The translations under genes and the position numbers were made by a program. Below the pieces are notes generated by a model. It made no database searches. It saw only the letters and a program-made list of their open reading frames with translations, and had not been told where the DNA came from. From Nitrospinales bacterium (GTDB lineage Bacteria > Nitrospinota > Nitrospinia > Nitrospinales > VA-1), in contig CBDCXL010000002.1 of assembly GCA_965223795.1 (NCBI GenBank), positions 2,272,001 through 2,336,000 of the forward strand: a stretch of DNA of 64,000 bases, in the 5' to 3' direction. This document shows, in pieces, positions 41,654 to 52,440 of the stretch. The number at the start of each line of letters is the position of its first letter. The first letter of the stretch is position 1.

Positions 41654-42742
41654 TTACTTCTGTTTTTCGTCTTCGGGGGTCTCGGTGTCGTCGCCGCTGT
41701 CTTCCAGCTCCAGATCGTCGATGGCGAGATCGGGTTCGCCCAGATCGTCCATCTCGGCGGTCAGTTCGTTGTCGAGCAGGTCCTCTTCGGATTCCCCGTC
41801 GAAGCTCAGGTCTTCCAGCTCCAGTGAGGGGTCCAGTTCGAGATCGCCTTCATCCAGCTCGAGGTCCGGCTGCAGGTCCATGTCGGCGCCGGTTTCTTCC
41901 GGCTCGTCGATGGTGAGATCCGTGTCCAGTTCGATTTCGTCGACGGCGATGGCACTGTCTTCCACTTCGACGGCGGTGTCATCCAGATCGCCGGTGTCCA
42001 CGGCGACTTCTTCGTCCTCATCGAGGGAAATCTCGTCCATGGCGATTTCGCCGCTGTCCAGATCGTCCATCAATTCGATCCCGGTATCCGGTTCCTCCGT
42101 CTTGACGGCGATTTCTCCGGTTTCATCGACCTCTTCGACGGCTTCAGAATGCGGCTCTATTTCGGTTTCGGTGATTTCGGCGGTTTCCGGCTCGGATTCG
42201 GCGATTTCCGCGGCGGCTTCGGTGTCCACCAGCTCCGCCTCATCGGCGATTTCGGTCACGGCCTCGGCGGGGGCGTCCTCCATCGGAACGAATCCCAGGC
42301 CTTCCACTTCGATTTCATTCAAGGAATATTCATCGGAATCGGCTGCAGGAGCGAAGGAACCCATTCCATACGGTGTTTCCATCATGGAAGCGGATTCGAA
42401 GGCAACCGCGTCGGAAAGGTCCAGCTCAAACACGCCTTCGTCCTCATCCATGAATTCAGCAGCGAACCCTTCGGATGCGGGCGAGGAGTCGAACAGACTC
42501 GGGTCCATACCGCCCAGGGATTCCTGACCGGCCATGTTTTGCTCGGAAGCCGCCTCAGCGGTCGCAACAGCCGCTTCCGCCCCGGCTGCGGCGAATATGG
42601 TGAACATATTCTCGGCATCGAGGTCGTGGGCGCCATTGGATGCGTGCTTCTTGAAGTTGAAGCCGCAATTGCCGCATTTGGGGACCGTTTTGAATACGAT
42701 GTAACCACATTTCGAACATTGCATAGTTCCAACATAAGACAT
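41654..42742 (-). CDS. Zinc-ribbon protein with a very long acidic low-complexity region
   Basis: CSKC..CGNC followed by ~300 aa rich in Asp/Glu. Confidence 0.75.
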   Translation of the reverse strand: MSYVGTMQCSKCGYIVFKTVPKCGNCGFNFKKHASNGAHDLDAENMFTIFAAAGAEAAVATAEAASEQNMAGQESLGGMDPSLFDSSPASEGFAAEFMDEDEGVFELDLSDAVAFESASMMETPYGMGSFAPAADSDEYSLNEIEVEGLGFVPMEDAPAEAVTEIADEAELVDTEAAAEIAESEPETAEITETEIEPHSEAVEEVDETGEIAVKTEEPDTGIELMDDLDSGEIAMDEISLDEDEEVAVDTGDLDDTAVEVEDSAIAVDEIELDTDLTIDEPEETGADMDLQPDLELDEGDLELDPSLELEDLSFDGESEEDLLDNELTAEMDDLGEPDLAIDDLELEDSGDDTETPEDEKQK

Positions 42743-43144
42743 AAATCAAATAAGGTCAAGAAAATTAGATAATTAGGGGTGAATTTATGTGTAATTAATT
42801 GGCCGGAGCGCAAACCCGTGGGCTGAGAATCGTTGTCAAACCACAGGTTATTCCGCGGGCGGACCGGTGCGCATTTTATGTCTCCGGTTCTGTTTTTCTC
42901 TGCCTGAAGCTGTCTGGAAACGAGAAAGAAAAGGGAACGAAGGAGCCGGAAATGCTTGTTGGGCGCGGATGTGAGGATGCCCTGGTTTTCGGTTCCATAA
43001 ATGGCAGGATAATGTTTGACGGGCTTTTTTAATTTGGATAGAATCTGTTGGTTCCAGTAAAGGTTCAGGGTTTTTAGCTACCCGTAAACAGGCTTTGGCG
43101 GCCGTTCTTGACGCACTTTTTTGGCATGTCCCGGCGGGGATTGG

Positions 43145-43783
43145 ATGCGAGTCGGAAACCTCATTCAATGGATGCAAATGAAACTCGGGGGGCTGGTGTT
43201 TCCCCTGATGGAGCCGGTTTACCGAGGCATGGAAAACCGCGATCCGACGGTCAAAAAGCATTTCAGCCAGGCGGTGCAAAGCCTGCAGCAAAAACGCACT
43301 CCTATCGCGCTGCTCAACCTCAACATGGTGTTGAGCATCAAACCCGACCATTTCCTCGCCCGGGTGTACCGGGGCCGGATCTACATCCGCGACGGCCGTT
43401 ACCGCCTCGCCTCGGAAGATTTTCTGCAGGCCAACAAGATCAGCCATTTCCGCTTCACGCATTATGATCTGAGCCATGAGTATTTCAGTTCAGTCAAGAA
43501 GGAGTTCGGTGAACTGGGAGCCTCGATCTCGAAAAACTTCGACCAGATTTTCGAAGCGCTCAAATCGTCGAACCCGGAACGGGGAGGCGATCCTGACGGC
43601 ATCGATCAGATCATGGACGCGCTGCCGCCTTTGGAAGAGGAGGGAAAATCGAACGCCGAGCTTTTGGAGTGCGAGACGATGGACCCATCCGAATCTCTTA
43701 AATTCAAGAATTTAGGCCCTATTACCCAGAATGAGATTGAAGAAACCGACTGGGACAAACTGATCAAGGAATTGACCTCTTAA
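43145..43783 (+). CDS. TPR-like hypothetical protein
   Basis: LNMVLSIKPDHFLARVYRGRIY TPR-like unit. Confidence 0.7.
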   Translation: MRVGNLIQWMQMKLGGLVFPLMEPVYRGMENRDPTVKKHFSQAVQSLQQKRTPIALLNLNMVLSIKPDHFLARVYRGRIYIRDGRYRLASEDFLQANKISHFRFTHYDLSHEYFSSVKKEFGELGASISKNFDQIFEALKSSNPERGGDPDGIDQIMDALPPLEEEGKSNAELLECETMDPSESLKFKNLGPITQNEIEETDWDKLIKELTS

Positions 43784-44042
43784 GCCTTCCCGCCGCCGTT
43801 TTCGCCCCCCTTTCTGCATCCGGACACCCCCTTACATCCTTTTTTTAGAGATTCCCAATACCCACTGGACTCTGAAAAACCTGCATTGTGATTGATTTTA
43901 AAGGGGTTTTTCGGTAGACTGGTATTTGTCATTACTTGTAAATATATTCATCCGTCCATGCCCATGCCCCATTCGGCAGCATGGAAAAGGGACCCCCGGT
44001 CCGCTGCCTCATGGGGCCGGACCTGGAAGGACGCCGAATCGT

Positions 44043-44399
44043 ATGCCGCGATTGAAGACAGAGCTATTGCAAGCCGGAATGGTCATCACCGAAGATGTTT
44101 TCGCGGAAGACGGCCGCAAACTGCTGCCACGAGGGACTCTGTTGAACGAGGGGCATGTCAAGAGCCTCAAGTCCTGGGGCATCGAAGAAGTCTCAGTGGG
44201 CAAGGAAGAGAGCACGGAAGCGCTGAACGCCATTTCCAGTGAAATCGATCCTGAGCAGTGGAAGGTGATCCGGAAGCAGGTGGAGGCTCTGTTTTCCCGT
44301 TCCAATACGGAGTCCTCGATCGTCCAGGAGATGATGCGTCTTTGCGGCGTGAACAAGTACAACAGCGATAAGAAAGTGAAATCCGACAATGGTTCATAG
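44043..44399 (+). CDS. Small protein resembling the N-terminal module of HD-GYP/HDOD proteins
   Basis: LQAGMVITEDV...GRKLLPRGTLL...LKSWGI. Confidence 0.7.
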   Translation: MPRLKTELLQAGMVITEDVFAEDGRKLLPRGTLLNEGHVKSLKSWGIEEVSVGKEESTEALNAISSEIDPEQWKVIRKQVEALFSRSNTESSIVQEMMRLCGVNKYNSDKKVKSDNGS

Positions 44400-45238
44400 C
44401 CCGGAGGCAATGCTGTCGGGATCGATCCGGCTGTCGTCGCTGCCTCAAATTTACACGAAGATCAACAACGCCATCAACGATCCGGAATGTTCGTTCGGCG
44501 ATGTCGCGGAAATCATCAGCAACGACACGTCCTTGTCCGGGCGGCTGCTGAAGATCGTGAACAGCTCCTTTTACAATTTTCCTTCCAAAATCGGAACCAT
44601 CGCGCATGCGGTGTCCATCGTGGGCACGCAGCAGCTCCGCGATCTCGCTCTGGCGACCTCGGTCATCAGCGCCTTTAAGGGAATACCTGAAGAACATGTC
44701 TCCATGGAGTCGTTCTGGAAGCACAGTGTGAGCAGTGCCGTGGCCGCCTGGGTGGTGGCCATCCATTGCCGCGAAACCAGCGCGGAACGCTATTACCTTG
44801 CAGGGATCCTGCACGACATCGGCCGGCTGGTGATTTATCGAAAACCATCCCGAAATTGCGCAGGAACTCATGCAGCGGTACCGCTCCGGCAAGCAGAACC
44901 TGTACGAGGTGGAACGGCAGATGCTGGGCTTCGATCACGGCGAAGTGGGAGCCGCGCTGCTGGCGGAATGGAAACTGCCGGAATACCTGCAGGAAATCGT
45001 CGCCAACCACCATCAACCGCTGGAATCGAAGCGGTTCCCGTTTGAGACCGCGGTGCTGAGCCTGGCGGATTTCATCACCAAATCGATGGAGCTGGGACAC
45101 AGCGGGGACCGGTATGTGCCGCCCCTGGATGCCCGGATCTGGAAAAAAGTCGGTCTGCAGGAAAGTTCTCTTACTTCCATCTGGGACCAGGTGCAGAAAA
45201 AATACGCGAGCACGATCGAAATATTCATTTCCAGTTAA
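44389..45238 (+). pseudogene. HDOD-domain protein with a +1 frameshift near 44839
   Basis: LSSLPQ, LLKIVNSSFY, GILHDIGRL in one frame; GFDHGEVGAALLAEWKLP...NHHQP in another. Confidence 0.85.
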
Positions 45239-45259
45239 ACCGTAATCGAACAGCCGGCC

Positions 45260-46612
45260 ATGAACGACAATGAGATCATCAGATTGAAGGCTCGGGTCGA
45301 ATACCTTGAAAGGGCGAACAGCTGGTATTTTTTCGCTCTGGAGCGGCTGACTTCCTTCGGGGATCTCCACAAGGACGTGCAGCAGTTCCGCGAGTCGGGA
45401 TACCTGTTCGCCAACGCGGAAAAATACCTCAAACAGCTGATCGGATTCCACACGCTCGCCTTTTTCGAGGTGGACGAGCGGTCCAGCCAGTTCGTCCTCA
45501 AAGACTGCCATCCCGAATCGGACCTGGACAAGATCCAGAAGGTCACCGACGAACAGATCGAGAACGGCAGTTTTGCGTGGGCGCTGAAAAAAAACCGCCC
45601 TCTGATCGTGGAAGGCGAAACCCCGGACGATCATTTCATCTTTCACGCGCTGGCGACCAAATCCCGGGTGCGGGGGATGTTCTGCGGCTGGTTGAACCAG
45701 AAAGCCAACAAAATTCCCGTCGAGCACCTCAACCTGATCTCCGTCATCCTTTCCTTCACCGCCTACGCAGTGGAAAGCGGCACGCTGTATAAAATCGTGT
45801 CCCGCCAGAACCTCAACCTGGAAGAGATGGTCGCGAAACGGACCCTCAAGCTGGAAACCCAGGCGCAGGAATTGAAAAAGGAAATCGGCGAACGTAAAAA
45901 GGTGGCCGAGGAACTCAATCGCAGCAATCAGGATCTGCAGGATTTTGCCTCCATCGCCTCGCACGATCTGCAGGAGCCGCTGCGCAAGGTGATCATCTTC
46001 GGCGACCGCCTGAAGGAAAAGTTTGCCGGTAAAATGGATGAATCGGCGCTCAACTATCTGGAACGGATGATCAGCGCCTCGGCTCGCATGCAGAACCTGA
46101 TCGACGAGCTGTTGTCCTTTTCACGGGTGAGCACCAAGGCCAAACCGTTCGAATCCACCGATCTGAATAAAGTGGTGGACGGGGTGCTGACGGATCTCGA
46201 CAGCCGCATCGCCAAATCGAAAGCCAAAATCGAACTGGACGGCCTGCCGACGATCGACGCCGATCCGGTGCAGATGCAGCAGCTGTTTCAGAACCTGGTG
46301 GGCAATGCGCTCAAGTTCTGCCGCGAAGGGGTGGCGCCGGTGGTGTCTATCGGTGGAAATTTAAATGGAGGCGGGACCTGCGAGATCCGGGTTCAGGACA
46401 ACGGGATCGGCCTGGATAAGAAATATGTGGACCGCATCTTCAAACCCTTCGAGCGTCTGCACGGCCGCAGCGAGTTCGAGGGCACGGGGATGGGGCTCGC
46501 CATCTGCCAGAAAATCGTCAAGCGTCACCGCGGAACCATCGAGGTGGAAAGTACGGACAACAAGGGCTGCACGTTCATCATCCACCTTCCCGCAAAGCAG
46601 GTCCCTGCCTGA
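45260..46612 (+). CDS. Cytoplasmic sensor histidine kinase (GAF-like input)
   Basis: ASHDLQEPLRK, QNLVGNALKF, DNGIG, GTGMGL. Confidence 0.92.
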   Translation: MNDNEIIRLKARVEYLERANSWYFFALERLTSFGDLHKDVQQFRESGYLFANAEKYLKQLIGFHTLAFFEVDERSSQFVLKDCHPESDLDKIQKVTDEQIENGSFAWALKKNRPLIVEGETPDDHFIFHALATKSRVRGMFCGWLNQKANKIPVEHLNLISVILSFTAYAVESGTLYKIVSRQNLNLEEMVAKRTLKLETQAQELKKEIGERKKVAEELNRSNQDLQDFASIASHDLQEPLRKVIIFGDRLKEKFAGKMDESALNYLERMISASARMQNLIDELLSFSRVSTKAKPFESTDLNKVVDGVLTDLDSRIAKSKAKIELDGLPTIDADPVQMQQLFQNLVGNALKFCREGVAPVVSIGGNLNGGGTCEIRVQDNGIGLDKKYVDRIFKPFERLHGRSEFEGTGMGLAICQKIVKRHRGTIEVESTDNKGCTFIIHLPAKQVPA

Positions 46613-46691
46613 TCGCGGCTCACGCGAACACTCCGCCGCGCAGCGGACCCTCCCGCACCATATAAAGACCTGGCTTCCGGCCAGAAGCCCT

Positions 46692-47165
46692 TCATCCCAG
46701 GCACAATCCATCCACTTTGTTGTTTTCCTCTCCGGAACCTTCGGGAATGCTGTTTTTCGAATCGACGGTTATGGTGAACACGCAGCGAACGAAGCAGGCG
46801 TCCTCGGGCAGGCTGACATCCAGCTCGATGCCGTTGTCTCCGACGGGAGGCGTTTCGAGGTGATAGCGTGTGTACTTTCCCTGGCTGAACAGCACGACAG
46901 ATGTGGTGGAGATCTGCGAGGTGGGCGGTCCCAGGTTTTTCAGCAGTATCTTGAGCTTCGGCCCTTCGACCCGGCAGAAGCCTTCCGGCCCTGGCATGTC
47001 GCGGCCGTCGGGCCCTTTCATGCGGACGGGAACCAGATCCGGCACGCTGGACACGGCCGGCTCGGGGTCGATGTCATCCGGGACGGGTGGTGTCTGCGCA
47101 CAAGCGGCGAAAAGCACAAGCAGCCCGATCCTGAGGAAGCGGTTTTTGCAATGAATCGGTTTCAT
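46692..47165 (-). CDS. Lipoprotein with CARDB-like Ig domain
   Basis: LFAAC lipobox; PDLV...VDSKNSIPEGSGEENN. Confidence 0.7.
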   Translation of the reverse strand: MKPIHCKNRFLRIGLLVLFAACAQTPPVPDDIDPEPAVSSVPDLVPVRMKGPDGRDMPGPEGFCRVEGPKLKILLKNLGPPTSQISTTSVVLFSQGKYTRYHLETPPVGDNGIELDVSLPEDACFVRCVFTITVDSKNSIPEGSGEENNKVDGLCLG

Positions 47166-47474
47166 GGCCAAGACCTGGTGAATGCAAAACGCAGCGCACA
47201 GACAATCGAAAGTGTTTCGGGTTATCCGAAGCAGGAATCCGATCGGGCGCGTTTTTTCGCGCTTCCATTATCGCTGTTTCGCGCTGGATTTTGAATCCCC
47301 CGATCGGGGTAGAAATTCTTATAATAATATAGACCTTTAAGAAAACCGCCTGTTGCGAATCGTTCCGTGTGGCGGCGAAAGCTGGAATATTGGATCCCCG
47401 CCGGAGGTCTTAATATAGAGTGCGAGGTTGAGCCTGGTTCGCTCCCGTTGCAACCGTTTACTTCGAGGCAAACT

Positions 47475-47837
47475 ATGATTCCGCTCAAAGAGTTCATGAC
47501 TTCCCCGGTGGTGCACGTGGATTCTCAAACCACGGTGGAAGCCGCCGCCGCACAGATGGCTGAAAAAAAGATCAGTTCGCTTTTGGTGAAGGAAGGCGAG
47601 GATATGGTGGGCATCGTCACCAAGACGGACATGGTGAGCAAGGTCCTCGCCCAGGGAAAGGACGGCCGCACGATGACGGTCGCGGACATCATGTCCCAGC
47701 CCATTAAAAGCCTGGATGCGTACGTGTTCCGCAGCGAAGCCAATGAGTTCATGCTGCGAAACCGGATCCATCACCTGGTGGTCACGCAGGGCAAACAGGT
47801 CGTCGGCATCCTCACCCGCAAGGACATGATTGCCTGA
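47475..47837 (+). CDS. CBS-pair protein
   Basis: Two CBS units (GIVTKTD, GILTRKD). Confidence 0.88.
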   Translation: MIPLKEFMTSPVVHVDSQTTVEAAAAQMAEKKISSLLVKEGEDMVGIVTKTDMVSKVLAQGKDGRTMTVADIMSQPIKSLDAYVFRSEANEFMLRNRIHHLVVTQGKQVVGILTRKDMIA

Positions 47838-48017
47838 GTGCCTTGTGATATTCAGGGACCCCGCCTCTTTCCAACAGGGCGGGGTTTTCCGCATTCCTCT
47901 GCTTTCCACGACTCCCTGTTACAATCTGAAACAATTCGTTACGCTGGCGAAAGGAACCTTTCTGCTGCAAGAGCTAGGATGGGGGCATTGAAACCCGATC
48001 CAGGAAAGGAGTCCAAA

Positions 48018-48473
48018 ATGGAAATCACAGGAAAACTCATCGCTCTCTCCGCCATCGGTCTGTTGCTCATGGGCGCGGTCACTGCCTGCGGCAAAGGCCA
48101 TTTCCGCCTGAGCCCGGAAAAACGCGCCCAGTATTTCGTCGAGCACGTCACCGAGGAGTTGAAGCTCACGGAACCGCAGGTGGCCAAGTTGAACGGGGTC
48201 AAGGACGAACTGCTCGCGGCCCGGCGGCACATGGTGGCGCAGCGTCAGTCCGCACAGGAAACGGTCCTGGAAATGCTCGAGCAGCCGACGATGAACCGTG
48301 AGCGTGTTCTTTCACTGGTTCAGCAGCGCACGCAGGAGGTGAACGACAAGGCGCCCCAGATCGTGGCGGCGCTGGGTGACTTCTACGACGCGCTGAGTCC
48401 CGAGCAGCGGCAGAAACTGCGGGATGAGGTCAAGGAACACATGGAGCACCGCAGGCACCGTTGGAGCCATTGA
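48018..48473 (+). CDS. Spy/CpxP-family lipoprotein
   Basis: VTAC lipobox; LKLTEPQ and LSPEQR motifs. Confidence 0.8.
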   Translation: MEITGKLIALSAIGLLLMGAVTACGKGHFRLSPEKRAQYFVEHVTEELKLTEPQVAKLNGVKDELLAARRHMVAQRQSAQETVLEMLEQPTMNRERVLSLVQQRTQEVNDKAPQIVAALGDFYDALSPEQRQKLRDEVKEHMEHRRHRWSH

Positions 48474-48567
48474 AAGCGGACGCCCGCGCCGTATGCCGTT
48501 CGGTGCGGCGCGGGCGCTGTGGTATAAGTGAATTCGTGGACGCAATGTCAACGCATCGAATCGAACC

Positions 48568-49236
48568 ATGGCGCGCATATTTCTCATCGACGACGACGAA
48601 CGGCTGGCGGAGCTTCTGGGGCAGTATTTCGAACGGTTCGATCTCACTCTGGAGAGCGCCGCCCACCCCAGCGAAGGGCTTTCACGGCTCGATGAAGGCG
48701 GCGTCGATCTGGTGGTGCTCGACGTCATGCTGCCGGAGATGGACGGCTTCGAAGTGTGCAAGGCGATCCGTAAAAAGAGCGACGTGCCCATCATCATGCT
48801 GACGGCGCGGGGGGACGTGATGGACCGCGTTGTGGGCATCGAGCTGGGCGCCGACGACTACCTGCCCAAGCCGTTCGAGCCGCGCGAGCTGGTGGCGCGC
48901 ATCCACACGATCCTCAAGCGGACCGGGACCCACCGCGAAGGCGTGCTTCGTTTCGATGCGCTGACGGTGGATACCCAGCGCCGGCAGGCGGCGCTCGACG
49001 GCAAAGAGCTGGCGCTGACGTCCATGGAGTATCAGCTTCTGGAACTTTTGGCGCGCAACGCGGGCAAGACGCACACCCGCGATAAAATTCTCAATCATTT
49101 GCAGGGCGTCGAGGCGGACGTGTATTCCCGCTCGGTGGACATCCTGATCAGCCGGCTCAGGCAGAAACTCAAGCCGCTGAACATCATCCACACCGTGCGC
49201 GGCAGCGGTTACTGCTTTGCGGGAAAGAGCCGATGA
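48568..49236 (+). CDS. OmpR-family response regulator
   Basis: Receiver domain plus winged helix (TVRGSGY). Confidence 0.93.
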   Translation: MARIFLIDDDERLAELLGQYFERFDLTLESAAHPSEGLSRLDEGGVDLVVLDVMLPEMDGFEVCKAIRKKSDVPIIMLTARGDVMDRVVGIELGADDYLPKPFEPRELVARIHTILKRTGTHREGVLRFDALTVDTQRRQAALDGKELALTSMEYQLLELLARNAGKTHTRDKILNHLQGVEADVYSRSVDILISRLRQKLKPLNIIHTVRGSGYCFAGKSR

Positions 49237-50552
49237 GATCGTTCTTCAAACGCAAACGCCATTCGCTCACGACCCGCCTGGTGTTTCTGTTCGTCGTCAT
49301 GGCGGTGCTGTTTCTCATCCTGGTGGGATCGTCGCTGCGCTGGGCCTTCCGCGCGAACTTTCAGGAAAGCATTCGTCCACATCTGTTCCGTTACATGGAG
49401 TACATCCAGAAGGATCTGGGATCGCCGCCGGAGATCGCGAAAGCCGAAGCGATCGTGAACCAGCTGCCGGTGGAGATCCACATCTTCGGGCCGGAAGGAT
49501 CCTGGTCTTCGACGGGAGAGCCGCTCAAGCTGGAAGACGTGCACTATCACAGGCGGTTTACCGAGAACGGTGCGGACTATGCGTTCGGCAGGTTCTCGGG
49601 AAAAGAATATCTGATCAACTGGCGTTCCGATCACACGCTGGCGTTTTCCGTGCCGCACGCGCGCGGATCCTGGCACTGGCGCAAGGCGTTCCCGCTGGCG
49701 ATCCTGCTGGTCATGCTGGTGGTCCTGTATTACTACACGCGCCGCATCTTCGCGCCCATCCAGCAGATCCGCGCTGGAGTGGAACGGATCGGCGAAGGCG
49801 AGATGGGCCACCGCATCCACCTGGAGCGCAACGACGAGCTGGGTGAGCTTGCGGGCAGCATCAACCGGATGGCGGACGACATCCAGCAGATGCTGGAAGC
49901 CAAGCGGCAGCTGCTGCTGGCGCTGAGCCACGAACTGCGCAGTCCGCTCACGCGCGTGAAGGTCGCGGTGGAGATGCTGAAAGAGGACAAGCTGCGGCAG
50001 GAGATGCACAAGGACATCGACGCCATCGATCAACTGATCGCGGAACTTTTGGAGACCGAGCGGCTGAGCAGCCGGCACCGCGCGCTCAATAAGGCGCCGA
50101 TCGACTGCGTTGCGCTGGTCAAGGAAACCCTCGATTCGTTTTTTGCGGATGCAACGATCGCGCTCGATCTGCCGGAGGAAGAAACGTTCGCCGACATCGA
50201 TGCGACACGGGTGCGGCTGCTGATCAAAAATCTCGTGGACAATGCACTGCGTCACAACCGCAAAGACGCGCCGCCGCCTAAGGTGTCGCTGAAAGAAAAA
50301 GACAGCGCCATCGAATTCGCGGTGGAGGATTTCGGGCCGGGAATCCACGCGGCGCACCTGCCGTACCTCGCCGAGCCGTTTTACCGGGTCGATCCGGCGC
50401 GGCAGCGGCAGACCGGCGGCTACGGGCTGGGGCTGTACCTGTGCCGCGTCATCGCCGAAGCGCACGGCGGAAAACTTGAAATCGCCAGCGAGAAAGATAA
50501 GGGGACCACCGTTACTGTGTGTCTTCCTGTTGAGAATAACCGAACTGAATGA
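49233..50552 (+). CDS. Membrane HAMP histidine kinase
   Basis: Two TM helices, HAMP, SHELRSPL, GYGLGL. Confidence 0.93.
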   Translation: MRSFFKRKRHSLTTRLVFLFVVMAVLFLILVGSSLRWAFRANFQESIRPHLFRYMEYIQKDLGSPPEIAKAEAIVNQLPVEIHIFGPEGSWSSTGEPLKLEDVHYHRRFTENGADYAFGRFSGKEYLINWRSDHTLAFSVPHARGSWHWRKAFPLAILLVMLVVLYYYTRRIFAPIQQIRAGVERIGEGEMGHRIHLERNDELGELAGSINRMADDIQQMLEAKRQLLLALSHELRSPLTRVKVAVEMLKEDKLRQEMHKDIDAIDQLIAELLETERLSSRHRALNKAPIDCVALVKETLDSFFADATIALDLPEEETFADIDATRVRLLIKNLVDNALRHNRKDAPPPKVSLKEKDSAIEFAVEDFGPGIHAAHLPYLAEPFYRVDPARQRQTGGYGLGLYLCRVIAEAHGGKLEIASEKDKGTTVTVCLPVENNRTE

Positions 50553-51259
50553 ACGTTTACTTCAAGATAGCGTGTGGTTTCTTACTTTCTATTGTTGTTG
50601 TATTTTTCGGTTTTGCCCAAAGTGAACTCGATGAAATCAAAAGCGTCTGTTACGGGACTACCGCAAAAGGAAGGCTCGAAAACGGTATTGCACTTCCCGA
50701 TAGCGGAAAAAATTTTGTATCCTACGGCACGCTTCCGCAAATATTGGGCAGGACCTATGTACATAACAAGGTGCGTGACGTGGTATTGGAATCTTATCGA
50801 ATGCTGGAGAAGGTGCAGCCGGGAAAAATCTTCAAATATGCCGAAACCGGGTTTAAAGAAGGAGGGGCGTTCAAGCCGCACAAGACGCATCAAAACGGTT
50901 TGTCAGTGGATTTTATGGTACCCGTACTGAATGCAAAGGGTGATTCGGTGCATTTGCCCACCCACGCATTCAACAAATACGGTTATGAAATCGAGTTTGA
51001 CGACAAAGGCCAGTTTGACGAATACAGAATCGACTATGAAGCTCTGGGTGCTCACATGATGACTTTGCACCAGGCCGCAAATTCCCAGGGAATCAAAATC
51101 TGGAGAATCCTGTTCGATCCGGTATTGCAGCCTTTTTTGTATGCTTCAAAATACGGGACCTACATCCGTGATAATATTTCGATCCCTAAAAAACGCTCCT
51201 GGGTGCGTCACGATGAACACTACCATGTGGATTTCATCCTGAAATGCAAACCACTTTAA
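50549..51259 (+). CDS. MepA-like penicillin-insensitive murein endopeptidase
   Basis: Signal peptide; PHKTHQNGLSVDF, HDEHYHV zinc motifs. Confidence 0.75.
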   Translation: MNVYFKIACGFLLSIVVVFFGFAQSELDEIKSVCYGTTAKGRLENGIALPDSGKNFVSYGTLPQILGRTYVHNKVRDVVLESYRMLEKVQPGKIFKYAETGFKEGGAFKPHKTHQNGLSVDFMVPVLNAKGDSVHLPTHAFNKYGYEIEFDDKGQFDEYRIDYEALGAHMMTLHQAANSQGIKIWRILFDPVLQPFLYASKYGTYIRDNISIPKKRSWVRHDEHYHVDFILKCKPL

Positions 51260-51319
51260 AACCAATAAAGTGAATCATTCCTTCTTTAGATCCGTGAGAT
51301 TTATTGGAGTATGAATTTT

Positions 51320-51535
51320 CTATTTATCCCCTTTGTATTTGAATGACAGGTGCACGCGGGCGCGGTAGGCGCTGACCTTGCCGTTCTCCACATGCATGTC
51401 CAGCTTGACGATTTCGGCGATTCTGAGATCGTCCAGGCTTTTGGCCGCCGTGTCCACCGCGTTTTTCGCAGCGTCTTCCCAGGATGTTTCACTCGTTCCC
51501 ACCAGCTCGATGATTTTGTACACGCTGTCTTTCAT
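51320..51535 (-). CDS. Dodecin-family flavin-binding protein
   Basis: VYKIIELVGTSETSWEDA. Confidence 0.9.
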   Translation of the reverse strand: MKDSVYKIIELVGTSETSWEDAAKNAVDTAAKSLDDLRIAEIVKLDMHVENGKVSAYRARVHLSFKYKGDK

Positions 51536-51894
51536 GGTGCCCTCTTTCTCAATAGAGTTTCATTCAAAATGGACGCGCCGTTGTCTTTCCGGCCCTTTCT
51601 TCAACTCGTATCTGCGGCGCGAACGCCAGCGCCGACCCGCATCGTTTCCGCTGCGCCGCGGCATCGGTTATCCCTATACACTAAAGATAGTTCCGGATAC
51701 GCATCCTTCAACCTTTTCTTTTTCTGAACGCCGGTACAGAAGATAAAAAACTCAGGATTTGGTTGACTTTGTTGCTTGCGTAGGTGTCTTTTTTCTTTCA
51801 GGAAATGCGATTGACTTAATTATGGAAAGGCCTATATTGGAAGTGAGGGGAGGAGATTCATAACGCTCATCCTGTGTTGCGAAAGGAGAGAGTG

Positions 51895-52269
51895 ATGAAA
51901 TCGATCCTCATCGTGGACGATGAAGAAAATATTCGCTTTCTGTACAAGGAAGAATTTGAAAGCGAGGGCTGCCGGGTTTCGCTCGCAGAGACCGCCGAGG
52001 AAGCGCTTGAATTGCTGGAAAAAGAGCGATTCGACGTGGTTTGCCTGGACATCAAGCTGCCGGGAATGGACGGCATCCATTTCCTGGAAGTTCTGAAAGA
52101 CCGGTGGCCGGACATTCCTGTGGTGATCAGCTCCGCCTACGGGCATTACAAGCAGGATTTCCGCGTCTGGGGCGCGCACGGGTATGTCGTCAAATCCGCC
52201 GACCTCACGGAGTTGAAAGACAAAGTGAAAGAATCGATCGATGCCTGCGCGCTCGCCGGCGACCGGTGA
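51895..52269 (+). CDS. Single-domain response regulator
   Basis: ILIVDDE, LDIKLPGMDG, YVVKS; AAGGAG RBS. Confidence 0.9.
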   Translation: MKSILIVDDEENIRFLYKEEFESEGCRVSLAETAEEALELLEKERFDVVCLDIKLPGMDGIHFLEVLKDRWPDIPVVISSAYGHYKQDFRVWGAHGYVVKSADLTELKDKVKESIDACALAGDR

Positions 52270-52440
52270 GATAAGGCCGGGTTCCTGAGTTCTTTTCATC
52301 TAAGGGAATCCGGCTTGTGATCGTGAAGCACGTCCTTCCTGTTTTCACTTTTTACCCCGCCTGTTTCTCCACAGAGAATACATCTTCTTTGGACCCGCAT
52401 GGGTTTTTATGCCGCGGATGCCCTGCGGCCGCGCCGGTGT

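Noticed and set aside
41574..42527. Ser-rich 317-aa plus-strand ORF
   Set aside because: Antisense shadow of the acidic protein gene
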